A DNA stretch of 64,000 nucleotides, taken from contig JAUYPI010000003.1 in NCBI GenBank assembly GCA_030697645.1, forward strand, positions 318 to 64,317. The letters are read 5' to 3'. Position 1 is the first letter of the stretch, and every line of letters starts with the position of its first letter. The translations under genes and the position numbers were made by a program. Below the pieces are notes generated by a model. That model was not told the origin of the DNA and did not search any database. It saw nothing but the letters and a program-made list of their open reading frames with translations. Origin of the DNA: a bacterium (GTDB lineage: Bacteria; Patescibacteriota; Minisyncoccia; Phycocordibacterales; VMGT01). This document shows, in pieces, positions 8,615-18,325 of the stretch.

Positions 8615-10411
8615 CTACTGTGCTTTGTTGAAGAACGGCCACACTTTTTCGCGTTCAACATACCAGTCTTTAACCTTGAGAAAGCGCTCGGAGGCCACTG
8701 TCATGACCCCGAGCTCGAGTCCGCCGAGCCGCTCGGGGACGACATAGATGAACTCGGGCGCATAGAGAAAAATGGCGGGCAGATCTTCTTCGACCTCGCG
8801 CTCGAGAGCGCGATAACGCTTGATCCGTTCCGTGTTCGCGGAGACCGTGCGCGCTTCCTCGAGCAGTTTGTCTGCCGTGAGGTTCGTGTACAGAGCGACA
8901 TTGAGTCCGGGGTCCGCGCGCTGCGATGAGTGCCAGAAGGGGTAGAGGTCAAGGTCGCGGCCGATGACCTCGCCGAAGAGAAGCGCGTCATACTCTCGCG
9001 GACGGATGACGTCGTGCTGGAGCGCGCTCATGTCAAAGACGGCGAGCGTGACGCTGATCCCGAGCCGCTCCCATACTTCTTTGATATAGAGTGCGGCGGC
9101 TTTGAGCTCTGCGCTGTCCGCGGTTGCGAGCGTAAAAGCAAGCGTTTTCGTTTCTTTGCCGATGCGTTTTTCGAGTGCGTTAGTTTGGGTGTTTTGTTTC
9201 CAGCCGGCGCGCTCAAGTATTTCTCGCGCCTCGGCGAGGTGCTCGTCCGGCGCTCGGCGCGCCATACGCTCACTCCGGTCCGCGCCACGCTCTCCATCAC
9301 TCGCGCTCCGGTGCGGCTCTACCTCGTCCGCAAGACTCGCGAGTAGCCCGGGCGGGATCGGACCCTCTGCCGGAGAGCCGTAGCCGCGGAGCACACGCTC
9401 GATGAGTGCCGTCTTGTCAATGGCTGCCGCAAGCGCGCGGCGTACCGCCGCCTCCGAGAACACCGGAGAGCGGTTTTGGTTGAGGAAGACGGCAAAGAGG
9501 CGCGGGAGCGTCGAGAGCTCAATGCGAACCCCTGAGGCGGCGAGCCGCTCGGCATAGAACGGCGGCACACTCGTGAGCGTGTCAACATCGCCCGCAGTGT
9601 AGGCATCGAGCAGCGCGGCTTCATTGGGGTAAAAAAGGAACTTGATAGTTTCAAGGTACGGCGTGCCGAGCGCATAGTCCTCGAAGCCCTCGAGCGTGTA
9701 GCTTTTTGGGACGCCGTTTCGATCGCGGTCAATGCGGCGCAGCCGAAACGGCCCCGCGCCGACCGGCTCGCTCATGAGGGTACTGAAGAGAAACGTGTCC
9801 GGGTCGAACTCTCTCCAGAGGCGCGCGGGGAGAATCCCAAGCGTGAGTGCTTCCGGAAACGGCGCATAGGGTTTCGCGAGCGTAAACCGAACATGTCGCT
9901 CATCGAGCGCTTCAACCTGGACACCCTCCCAACTCCCCCGCTTCGGGCTCTTCAGCCGGCTGTCTTGCGCCGCAGCGACGGTGAAGACCACATCCTCGGC
10001 GCGCACGCTCGATCCGTCGTGGAATCGGGCGTCTTCGCGGATCGTAACGGTGTAGGAGAGGTTGTCGTTTGAAATCTCATACGACTCGGCGAGCTCTGGG
10101 GCGAGCGAGCCGTCCGGAAGGGGCTTCAGCAGGCCCGCGTAGAGGAGCGCCGTGAGGTCGCGCTCCGGCTCTGAGAGCGCAAAGAGTGGATTGATGAAGC
10201 GCGGCGTGCCGATGAGGCCTTCCCGGAGCGTGCCGCCCCGAGCGGGTATCTCCTCGAGAAGTACCTCATTCAGCCGGCCGAGCGCGAGGAGCGACGTGCC
10301 GGCGAGGAGGAGCGCGAACACCCAAAAACAGACTCGCTCCAGGGGCGAGAAATTCTTGCGAAGCCGCTCGAGATAGGCAAGCGGCGCTATGGAGAAAGTG
10401 CCGGTTCGCAC
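8615..10411 (-). CDS. ABC transporter peptide-binding protein (family 5, OppA/DppA-like)
   Basis: GG..REG.IG.PRFINP, LAESYEIS, FHDG....AEDV.FT, GAGPF, VRRAL..AID. Confidence 0.9.
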   Translation of the reverse strand: MRTGTFSIAPLAYLERLRKNFSPLERVCFWVFALLLAGTSLLALGRLNEVLLEEIPARGGTLREGLIGTPRFINPLFALSEPERDLTALLYAGLLKPLPDGSLAPELAESYEISNDNLSYTVTIREDARFHDGSSVRAEDVVFTVAAAQDSRLKSPKRGSWEGVQVEALDERHVRFTLAKPYAPFPEALTLGILPARLWREFDPDTFLFSTLMSEPVGAGPFRLRRIDRDRNGVPKSYTLEGFEDYALGTPYLETIKFLFYPNEAALLDAYTAGDVDTLTSVPPFYAERLAASGVRIELSTLPRLFAVFLNQNRSPVFSEAAVRRALAAAIDKTALIERVLRGYGSPAEGPIPPGLLASLADEVEPHRSASDGERGADRSERMARRAPDEHLAEAREILERAGWKQNTQTNALEKRIGKETKTLAFTLATADSAELKAAALYIKEVWERLGISVTLAVFDMSALQHDVIRPREYDALLFGEVIGRDLDLYPFWHSSQRADPGLNVALYTNLTADKLLEEARTVSANTERIKRYRALEREVEEDLPAIFLYAPEFIYVVPERLGGLELGVMTVASERFLKVKDWYVEREKVWPFFNKAQ

Positions 10412-10425
10412 AAAGTGATAGTGTC

Positions 10426-10657
10426 AGGGCGCGGGCAACGCTCTATGGTAACCACTCGCATCTTTTATTTTTGTGCTCGTGCTTCGGTGTTTGGAAATGG
10501 TGTCGCCTCGTTTACGAAAAACACAGAACTCGGCCTCCCTTTGGTCGGCCTCAGACAGCTGTGTTTTTCTACTCGGCTCGCCATTTCCTAAACACCTCTC
10601 GCAATGCACAAAAATAAAAGGCGCGAGTGGTTACGCTCTGTGGCGTTGCCGCACCCT
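10426..10657. repeat. ~230-bp nested palindrome (MITE/REP-like)
   Basis: TAACCACTCGC..CTTTTATTTTTGTGC pairs with GCACAAAAATAAAAG..GCGAGTGGTTA; inner stems GGTGTTT.GAAATGG/CCATTTC.TAAACACC and AAAACACAG/CTGTGTTTT. Confidence 0.8.
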
Positions 10658-10710
10658 ATTTTCCGTGCGGTTTTTTTGTCCCGCTAGACTTCTCTCAAAA
10701 AGAAGAAGTC

Positions 10711-10947
10711 TTACTGATGCAGGAATACTGCCGTGAGCGCGGAGAGAAAGAAAAACGATGCGAAGACGATGGTGAGATAGAAGAGCGTTTTTTCAGCGCC
10801 GCGGCGGGTATGAAATCCCACATCCGTGCCAGCTCCGCCGAGCACTTCAGAGAGCCCTGCGCCAGTCTGCTGAAGCAGGATCGTTGCGATGAGGAGGACG
10901 GCGACACCAATCTGGAAATACGGCAATCCGGCCGTAAGCGCAGTCAT
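10711..10947 (-). CDS. secG: Preprotein translocase subunit SecG
   Basis: ILLQQ.GAGL...GG...HTRRGAEK.L; two TM helices. Confidence 0.93.
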   Translation of the reverse strand: MTALTAGLPYFQIGVAVLLIATILLQQTGAGLSEVLGGAGTDVGFHTRRGAEKTLFYLTIVFASFFFLSALTAVFLHQ

Positions 10948-11115
10948 GTGTTTCTATTTATACCGCAGAGCGCCGTTTGTAGCAAACATTGACTTTAATA
11001 ATTTTTGTGGCGCAGACTACACATATGCGCACCCCACTCCACGGAAATGGGCCTGACCCCATTTCGCCATTCTGACCCCATTTCGCCATTTCGACTAATT
11101 TTTTATCATAGTTGG

Positions 11116-12885
11116 TTATTTTTTAATTTTTTCAAGACCTTTTTTAAGATATGCTTCCATCCTCTTAACATTTTCCTGGAGTTGCTTCAGCGCATAGGCG
11201 TCATCAGCGCTCGTCGGAGTCTCGGACGCTTTGGATAGCCGCTCGACATCGTCCATAATCAATGTGAATATTTTTGTGACCTCGGATTCGACGAGCAACA
11301 CTCGTAAAGAAATTTTCTCCTGCCGTCTTTTATAAAACCAAATTCCTCCGCCAAACCCTGCTATGAGAATAAAGAGAAGAAGCACCGCCGCGCCGCCTTT
11401 CCCGAGCTCTAAGAACCCGATCTGAATAATCGGTTTACTCTTCACTTTGATCGGCGCTGAATCCACAATCAAACTCAACGCGCCTCGCGCATCTTTGCTT
11501 TGGGCTGTTGCGGTATAGCTCCCATTTTTGAATGCTTGGTCAATAGTAAACTCCCAATTCCCTTTCTCGTCGGTGCGTGCCGTCCCCTCTGCGACGAGCG
11601 CCTCTTTTCTATACACCCGAAGAAGGACGTTAATCGCCGGCAGGGCAGTCCCTTTTACGGTCAACCCTTTTTCTTCATCGGAAAACAACTCCTTGGTAAC
11701 AAAGGTAATGGTTGGAGACGCAATAGGAATCGTTTGGAGCGTCACGCTATCCTCAATGCCATTGTCCGCCTCGTCAACCGCTCGTACACTGATGTGCCGC
11801 GTACCGGGAGTTTGTAATGGCAAGGTAAAACTGCCGTCAAATTCTGCTGCGGGGATTTTCAGTACAGCTCCATCCCCTACTCGTATCTGATATTCTTTAA
11901 GACCGGATAGGGCGTCGCTCGTTCTAAATTGAAGTGTGGGAGCCGGGTTGTCGGTTGCCTCACCTTCAACAATGGAGAGCTCAAATCCAAGCGGGGGCTC
12001 GGTATCAATGGCTAAACGGTGATGTGCTGTCGGCCCCCAGCCGACATCGTTTCGAAAACGGATATGCAGATACCACACGCCATCCGAGAGTGAAGCAAAC
12101 GTTTTATTATCAAACAGACCTTCGGATCGTTCGGGCGGGATAGAGTTTGGATATTTATTGAGCGCCGTGCTCACGCCGGAGATATCAAGCGGCACATCCC
12201 ATCGTACCGTAAACTGCGCCACCAGATTATACCAGCGGTTCTCTTCGGGGTAGAGCGGAATTTTGAGCGTGGGCTTCAGGGGCAATTTCCCCGAAGGCAC
12301 GGGTTTCCGGACAATTTGTTCGGGCTCCGGAATTTTTTGTTGCACCGCCGGAGCCTCGGGAGGCTTTCGCTCTGCCTCCGGCGTCTTCGGGGTAACCCTC
12401 TCGGGAATGACCGCAATCGCCGCATCATGCACCTTTGATAAAATATTGGTTCCACTCCCGTCTGATGCGGTAATTGCGGCATCGCTCGCTGAGAGAGTGC
12501 CGGCGCCGCTCCCTTTGGCGGTGAATATAACTCTCAAAATCTGAATGGAGCTGCCGGAAGCGCCGTACGGCGTTCCGCCAACAAATGAAATGGCCCCGTC
12601 GGTATTAGAAAAGTTTGGCTCCTCAAGCCAAAAGCTGAATATCGAACCGGTTTTATCCACAGAAACGACTTCAAGAATATCTTTCGGAAAACGAAGGACT
12701 GCTTGCGCGGCATTGAGACTCACCCCCTCGCTGTCAGTTTTAAGATCGACGGTGAGTTTTTCTCCCATGCCAACTTCGGAACTCGGCGGCGCGATAAAAA
12801 GAGTTGCCGCTTCTGCAACGAAAGCACGCGACAAGGCGCCAAGCCCCCATGCCACGAGTACAATAAGTAAAATTTTAGTTTTCAT
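11116..12885 (-). CDS. Cohesin-like + Ig-like domain surface protein with C-terminal TM anchor
   Basis: Signal peptide; N-terminal ATLFIAP...SLNAAQA.LRFP.D.LEV...SIFSFW..EP cohesin-type domain; IDTEPP/DALSGL..Y Ig repeats; TM near the C-terminus. Confidence 0.75.
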   Translation of the reverse strand: MKTKILLIVLVAWGLGALSRAFVAEAATLFIAPPSSEVGMGEKLTVDLKTDSEGVSLNAAQAVLRFPKDILEVVSVDKTGSIFSFWLEEPNFSNTDGAISFVGGTPYGASGSSIQILRVIFTAKGSGAGTLSASDAAITASDGSGTNILSKVHDAAIAVIPERVTPKTPEAERKPPEAPAVQQKIPEPEQIVRKPVPSGKLPLKPTLKIPLYPEENRWYNLVAQFTVRWDVPLDISGVSTALNKYPNSIPPERSEGLFDNKTFASLSDGVWYLHIRFRNDVGWGPTAHHRLAIDTEPPLGFELSIVEGEATDNPAPTLQFRTSDALSGLKEYQIRVGDGAVLKIPAAEFDGSFTLPLQTPGTRHISVRAVDEADNGIEDSVTLQTIPIASPTITFVTKELFSDEEKGLTVKGTALPAINVLLRVYRKEALVAEGTARTDEKGNWEFTIDQAFKNGSYTATAQSKDARGALSLIVDSAPIKVKSKPIIQIGFLELGKGGAAVLLLFILIAGFGGGIWFYKRRQEKISLRVLLVESEVTKIFTLIMDDVERLSKASETPTSADDAYALKQLQENVKRMEAYLKKGLEKIKK

Positions 12886-12912
12886 GTTATGACTACACGT
12901 AACTCCTCACAC

Positions 12913-13000
12913 TCGTCATTGCGAGCGGAGCGAAGCAATCCAGAGTATAAGTCTATAGTCCCCCTGGATTGCTTCGTCGCTCCGCTCCTCGCAATGACGA
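12913..13000. repeat. RPE/REP-like palindromic element
   Basis: GTCATTGCGAGCGGAGCGAAGCAATCC...GGATTGCTTCGTCGCTCCGCTCCTCGCAATGAC; second copy at 14749. Confidence 0.85.
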
Positions 13001-13026
13001 AATTTGCCAAAGTTTAGTAAATACCT

Positions 13027-14706
13027 TCATCGTTTTCGTATATTTCGAACGAAAATACTAAAATCGGAAATATCAATGGCGCCGTCTTCATTCAAATCAA
13101 TTAATCGGCGAGACCCCGCGTCTTTTGAGGCCCATCGAGACAGAAAAATACTCCAGTCCTTAATATCAACCCGACCGTCGCCGGAGAAATCCGTTTTGGG
13201 AACGGCAAGGCGCGACACGACTAAGTTTTTTGTTGGTGAAAAATCGCTTTCTTTCTCCTCTTCTTTCTCCCCCCGAGAGAGCAGTTGCTTCACCCGTACC
13301 CGATGCGAGCCAAATTCAAGCATGCTGGTCGGGGCCGCTACCGTATAGGAACCGTCGTCTGCTACTCTGACTTCTTTTTTAATTGTACCATCCATTTCAA
13401 CGACGACACTGCTTCGCGGCGACGCGAATCCGGTAATAGTTGCCTCATCCCCTCGCGTCACCACGGAACGGACGAAAGCAACGGTCGGTGGAACAACGAT
13501 GTCTTTTTCCACCAAATCGTCGGCCAGCGTATTCACATTAAAAAACTTCGTTTGCGTCGTCCGGCCTTCTTTGTCTTTAATCAGAAGGCCGAAGCTATGC
13601 TGACTTTTTAAGACTCCCACAAAACTCGTATTAAAAGAACCGTCATCGTTTGTAATTACGTCTTGACTCACGATTGTCTCGCGGTGGCTATCCTTATCAA
13701 CAACGAACACCTGTGCACCCGGGAAGGCCTTCCCGGAAAAACTTATCGTTGTAGGCGTCACTCCCCCGGATATCGGCTGAGAAGGGGGTGGCTGAATTGT
13801 TAAAGTCGGACATGCTTCATAGGCATCAAGAGTAGCAGCGTCGTTGGTAACACGAAAGCTATAGGTTCGGCCGAGTGGGACATCGTCTGCGGCTTTCAAT
13901 GACCATTCGTATTCCGTGGATTGGCCCTTGAGCATGCTCTGGGCTGACGCTGGATTTGTTGACTCAAGAATCTTTCCAGCGACAAAATTGAGGCCGCCTA
14001 CCAGCTGTTGCGTAGTCGGAGCACTATCATCAAAATTCGTAGACGCCATGAGATTAAAACTGGCGCTTGCGGGAGTAATAATTGCCCAACTGCCTGTAGT
14101 ACAATCGATTCCTTCTTTAAATTCTACACGAGGCGAGATAGTACCATCAGCGGTGCCGAGTTTGATGGCAAAACGAAGACGAAACGGCGTCCCCTGGGGT
14201 ACATTTGTAATGTTCGTATTCTGGCTTACATTTTCAGCCCCATAACCAGTGTCGGTGATTTCAGATCCGTCATCATCTCGAAACCAAAATTTCTGTTGAT
14301 TCCACGATGGTGTTCCACCACCGCCGCCACCACCACTACCTGTTGAAAAGATTGTGGTTTGTGTAGAACTCACATCGAGCCCAGTTGTTTCTGTATCGGA
14401 GAGCGAAAGTGTTACGGTTTCGGCCACGAGATCATTGATTTGTCGCGTGCCAACCCCATTCACGATATCCACCACACCTCCACCGGTTGCCGAACCGCCC
14501 GCAACAAGCGTGACGTCGCTCTGGTATCCGGTATCTACCTGATTATTCTGTTTTCGCGCTTCAACGGTGACCGTAACCGGCACGCCCGCGGTACTATCAT
14601 CGGGATTAACAATAAAAAATTTTACTGCTACGCTCGGAGGAGCGGCTACTGCCGCGACCGGTAGTAAACAGAAAAGCAACAAAAATGGTACAAAAGGCAA
14701 TCGCAT
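13027..14706 (-). CDS. Secreted Ig-like protein with C-terminal dockerin-type duplicated EF-hand
   Basis: Signal peptide, Gly linker, DFSGDGRVDIKDWSIF...DLNEDGAIDISDFSIF. Confidence 0.8.
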   Translation of the reverse strand: MRLPFVPFLLLFCLLPVAAVAAPPSVAVKFFIVNPDDSTAGVPVTVTVEARKQNNQVDTGYQSDVTLVAGGSATGGGVVDIVNGVGTRQINDLVAETVTLSLSDTETTGLDVSSTQTTIFSTGSGGGGGGGTPSWNQQKFWFRDDDGSEITDTGYGAENVSQNTNITNVPQGTPFRLRFAIKLGTADGTISPRVEFKEGIDCTTGSWAIITPASASFNLMASTNFDDSAPTTQQLVGGLNFVAGKILESTNPASAQSMLKGQSTEYEWSLKAADDVPLGRTYSFRVTNDAATLDAYEACPTLTIQPPPSQPISGGVTPTTISFSGKAFPGAQVFVVDKDSHRETIVSQDVITNDDGSFNTSFVGVLKSQHSFGLLIKDKEGRTTQTKFFNVNTLADDLVEKDIVVPPTVAFVRSVVTRGDEATITGFASPRSSVVVEMDGTIKKEVRVADDGSYTVAAPTSMLEFGSHRVRVKQLLSRGEKEEEKESDFSPTKNLVVSRLAVPKTDFSGDGRVDIKDWSIFLSRWASKDAGSRRLIDLNEDGAIDISDFSIFVRNIRKR

Positions 14707-14721
14707 AGTGGGGCTAACTTT

Positions 14722-14899
14722 GGATCACACGCAAAAGCACTGGTATTCCGTCATTGCGAGCGGAGCGAAGCAATCCAGAATATCATCTGTGGCAAGACTT
14801 GTCTGAAGAGGTTTAATCCTGGATTGCTTCGTCACTCCGCTCCGCTGCGTTCCTCGCAAAGACGAACGTGAGTCAGAACCATGCTTTTGCGTATGATCC
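14722..14899. repeat. RPE/REP-like palindrome (14749..14864) nested in an outer inverted repeat
   Basis: Second GTCATTGCGAGCGGAGCGAAGCAATCC copy inside GGATCACACGCAAAAGCA / TGCTTTTGCGTATGATCC. Confidence 0.8.
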
Positions 14900-14902
14900 G
14901 TA

Positions 14903-15304
14903 CTAACTCTTGACCGGCGGAGTTTTTACCGCTTTTTTCCCCTCCAGATACGCTTTGGTTTTTTCAATCACCTCCTCAATCGGGTGCTGGGATTTTACAA
15001 AATAATCATCCGCGCCGAGCGCGAGCGCCCGTTTGATTTGTGTGTCATCGCCAAGATTGGAAAGCACGATAATCGGAATCAGCTTCCAGTCCGGATTTTT
15101 CTTCACTTCTTCCAACACATAAAAGCCGTCCTTTTTGGGCATCAAGAGATCGAGCAGAATGATATTCGGCTTCATCTTTTTTATATGCTCCACCGCTTCT
15201 TCTCCGTCTGCCGCCGTATCCACACTACAGCCCTCGGATTCGAGATTATCCTTCAGCGCCCGCATCAAAAACTCTTCATCTTCAACGATTAATACTTTGC
15301 TCAT
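14903..15304 (-). CDS. Stand-alone response regulator receiver protein
   Basis: VLIVEDE, LLDLLMP..DG, LSN, GADDYFVK. Confidence 0.95.
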   Translation of the reverse strand: MSKVLIVEDEEFLMRALKDNLESEGCSVDTAADGEEAVEHIKKMKPNIILLDLLMPKKDGFYVLEEVKKNPDWKLIPIIVLSNLGDDTQIKRALALGADDYFVKSQHPIEEVIEKTKAYLEGKKAVKTPPVKS

Positions 15305-15308
15305 ACGT

Positions 15309-16850
15309 TTAGGTTGTAGATTTTAGCTTCGGAACGCGTAAATAAAATATCGACCCTTTGCCGGGCTCCGATTCAAGGAGAATTTTCGCCCCGATTTTCT
15401 CCGCGAGCATTGAGGCGACATATAGGCCCAACCCAGTGCCATCGGGCTTGAATTTTTTGGCATTGGACGCGCGGTAAAATTTTTCAAAGATGCGCCCCTG
15501 CTCGTCGTTGGGTATCCCGATGCCGCTGTCTTTCACGGAAAATACCACACTCCCTGTTTCTTCGGTGACGTCAAAAAATATATCCTGCCCCCGCTCGGAA
15601 TAATTGATTGCGTTTACGATAAACGTCTCAAGAATGGAGCGCAGCATCTCCGCGTCAGTCTCGACAACGGTCGTGGCGAGATTTTTCACGTCCGCGTGAA
15701 GCCGCACCCCTCTCTGCTCGGCGACAGGCGCCGTCGCGAGAGAAACGTCTCGAGCGAGGCGCGCAAGGGAAATCGCTTCTGTTTTCATCGCGACGTCGCC
15801 GCCCTCGATACGTAAGGCGTTCAGCATGTCAAAGACGATTTTGAGCGCGCGCTCGTTCAATTGGTAGATTTGATCAAGATATTCTTGCTGTTTTTGATTT
15901 ACAGTACCGAGTATCTTTCGATCGAGCGTTTCAACGAACCACTTGATGCCGGAGAGCGGCGTTCGCAGTTGGTGCGAGGCAAGAGCAAGAAATTCAGTTT
16001 TCATGCGATCAATTTCCTTTTCTTTGGTAATATCGCGAAATACTTCAACGGCGCCTATAATTTTTCCGTCTAAAGTGACGGGGGTGACAATACCCGACGC
16101 AGGAAACCTGGTTTTATCTTTGCGAATATAATACCAACTACTACTACTACTACTAGTAGTAGTAGTTCCCACCAATGCCTGCGTTATTGCTCTTTCTTGA
16201 GGCGGCACCAAATTCCCGGCTTCATCTTCTTGTGGCACTACTTCAACCATTCGTTTCCCCGCGATTTCCTTTTCACCCCAGCCGGTGAGCGCTTCAAAAG
16301 CTTTACTGATGAAAAGAATATTTCCTTCCTTATCGACTGCCACAAGTCCCTCGCCGATGCCTGACAAAATTGCCTCATCTTTGGCTTTGGTATTATCCAG
16401 CGCTTCTTTTTCAACTTGAAGGTCTTCGAAGACGTTTTTGGCGGCCGTCCTTGCATTTTCCAAATCCTCCTCTATCTGCTTTCGGTCAGTGATATTTTGC
16501 AACACTGCCACAAAAAATCCTTTTTGGGGACTATACGCCGAAACCAAAAACCACATCGATAACGGTTTAACGTATATTTCGAACCTCTTTGATTTTCCAG
16601 TTAAATAAAGCCGGCCGTAAATCTCAAACAATTCAGGATTAGACGCGCGAATTCCCGGAATTATCTCTGATATTTTCTTTCCTGTAACATTTTTCAATCC
16701 CGTCAGATTTTCATAATTTTTATTAACCCTTAAATGGATCCAATCTATCAGGTTTCCTTGCATATCAAAAATCATTTGGCAGTAAGCCAAACCGTCAAGC
16801 ATATTATCAAAAAGCGACTCATAAAAGACGCTGGGATCTTCGGGTTTCAT
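15309..16850 (-). CDS. PAS-PAS sensor histidine kinase
   Basis: Two PAS domains; H-box SHQLRTPL; NAINYS; DSGIGIP; GTGLGL. Confidence 0.95.
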   Translation of the reverse strand: MKPEDPSVFYESLFDNMLDGLAYCQMIFDMQGNLIDWIHLRVNKNYENLTGLKNVTGKKISEIIPGIRASNPELFEIYGRLYLTGKSKRFEIYVKPLSMWFLVSAYSPQKGFFVAVLQNITDRKQIEEDLENARTAAKNVFEDLQVEKEALDNTKAKDEAILSGIGEGLVAVDKEGNILFISKAFEALTGWGEKEIAGKRMVEVVPQEDEAGNLVPPQERAITQALVGTTTTSSSSSSWYYIRKDKTRFPASGIVTPVTLDGKIIGAVEVFRDITKEKEIDRMKTEFLALASHQLRTPLSGIKWFVETLDRKILGTVNQKQQEYLDQIYQLNERALKIVFDMLNALRIEGGDVAMKTEAISLARLARDVSLATAPVAEQRGVRLHADVKNLATTVVETDAEMLRSILETFIVNAINYSERGQDIFFDVTEETGSVVFSVKDSGIGIPNDEQGRIFEKFYRASNAKKFKPDGTGLGLYVASMLAEKIGAKILLESEPGKGSIFYLRVPKLKSTT

Positions 16851-16921
16851 TTTTTGTCGGCCATTTTTATGATTACCATTGTGATTTTTCCGGTTCCATT
16901 CTTGCCGTTGCCGTTTTTAAC

Positions 16922-17485
16922 TCACTGCCGCTTCAGAATTTCAATTTCTTTTTTAAGCTCCGCCATTTTCAATTCTCTACCAACCATACTTTTATTTGTC
17001 TTCTCTAATTCTTTAATTTTATCAGTAAGTTCTTCTGTTTGTTCTGCCACTTTTTTCTCCAGTTCATTTGTATAATCGTCTAATTTTATTTCAAGCTCCT
17101 TTCTGACAGTTATGTCTTCAATGGCTAATATGATCAATTGCACCGAATCTATCTGCATGGCGTTGAGCAGCATTATTTTTTGCCCGATTGTTTCAAACTC
17201 ATGCCTAACCTCATAATCTTTTACAACTTTTTTATTAGGCAAAATGTCTTCCAGCAATTTTTTCAATTTAGGAATATTCCATTGGCCATTTCCTAATCCA
17301 TAAAGAGATTTGGCCTCTGTTTGTTTTTGCGAGACCTGAAAGGTTTGGTAAAAAACTGGGTTTGCCGAAATCACCACAAGATTAGAGTCAAGAATTAAGA
17401 ATGCCTCTCTGGAAACATCTACCAGTGTTTTCATGTAATGCAAGGCAAGTTCTTTGTTGTCTAATATATTTTTATTATTTTCCAT
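16922..17485 (-). CDS. PAS-domain + coiled-coil protein
   Basis: SANPVFYQTF...LGNGQWNIP.L..LLE PAS_4-like segment; MVGRELKMAELK tail. Confidence 0.85.
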   Translation of the reverse strand: MENNKNILDNKELALHYMKTLVDVSREAFLILDSNLVVISANPVFYQTFQVSQKQTEAKSLYGLGNGQWNIPKLKKLLEDILPNKKVVKDYEVRHEFETIGQKIMLLNAMQIDSVQLIILAIEDITVRKELEIKLDDYTNELEKKVAEQTEELTDKIKELEKTNKSMVGRELKMAELKKEIEILKRQ

Positions 17486-17498
17486 ATTTTTAGTTTTA

Positions 17499-17621
17499 AT
17501 CAAACAATTCCTCGCAGCTCTGCTGCGAGGTCGTACAGAACTCGAACGAAGTCACAGCCAGAAAAAAATTATGAGCGAAGCTCCTTTAGATACCTCGGAG
17601 CAGAGCTCCGAGGTAGTTCAT
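17499..17621 (-). mobile_element. Possible non-autonomous IS200/IS605-like remnant (two subterminal hairpins, no ORF)
   Basis: Minus strand GAACTACCTCGGAGCTCTGCTCCGAGGT ... CCTCGCAGCAGAGCTGCGAGG-AATTGTTTGA. Confidence 0.45.
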
Positions 17622-17758
17622 TTTACTTTTTAGCTAAGTTTATTTCGACCTTTATGCCCCCGTTAGAAGTACCGGCTTTCTATTTTCCAATAGGGCGATA
17701 AAACAAAAACACGCGGCCAAAAAGCAGCATGTAAAAACTTTCCTCTAAACGGAGGATC

Positions 17759-17782
17759 AGAGAGAGAGAGAGAGAGAGAGAG
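17759..17782. repeat. (AG)12 microsatellite
   Basis: Read directly from the sequence. Confidence 0.95.
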
Positions 17783-17989
17783 ACGAAACCCGTGCCAAAT
17801 TTTGATATCCAGTGAGCATAAGTTTATGATACCATCAACTTGAAATGTTACCCACATCATTGTGGATAAAATCTTTATTCCCCGTGTTATACGGCGGGTC
17901 AATGTAGATGACATCCATCTTGCCTTTGTGGGTATAGTTGAGCACCGAGAGGGCGTGGTAATTCAGTTATACCGTCGCAGCGTGCTGCA

Positions 17990-18061
17990 CGGTTCGTGAT
18001 TGTTACCGTATATTTCACGAAGAAGATAAAAGAAGGTGAAATCGTATGGCAAAAAAAATAA
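17990..18061 (+). pseudogene. Truncated DUF4258-like toxin C-terminus
   Basis: RFVIVTVYFTKKIKEGEIVWQKK* overlaps the start of the DUF2283 gene; in-frame TGA at 17939 and no start codon. Confidence 0.45.
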
Positions 18062-18291
18062 ACAAAAAAGTAACGGGCATTGCTCCGATTCGGGTGTGCT
18101 ACGATTCTTTCGGGAACACGCTGAACGTATGGTTTGACGATCCGGCAAAAGAGCATATCTCTGAAGAGGTGGGAGACGAAGTGATTTTGAACAAAGATCG
18201 TCGCGGGCGGGTTATCGGTTTTGAAAAGCTTAATTTTTCTCACTTCACCGGCAGCCTCACGAAGCTCCCCATAGAATCTCGTGCGTGGTAG
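18046..18291 (+). CDS. DUF2283-family protein (putative antitoxin)
   Basis: YD..GNTL.VWF......SEE.GD.VIL.KD..GRVIGFE.LN pattern. Confidence 0.75.
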   Translation: MAKKINKKVTGIAPIRVCYDSFGNTLNVWFDDPAKEHISEEVGDEVILNKDRRGRVIGFEKLNFSHFTGSLTKLPIESRAW

Positions 18292-18325
18292 ACGAGAGAC
18301 GACATGTCGCACCACCAAGCGTGGT

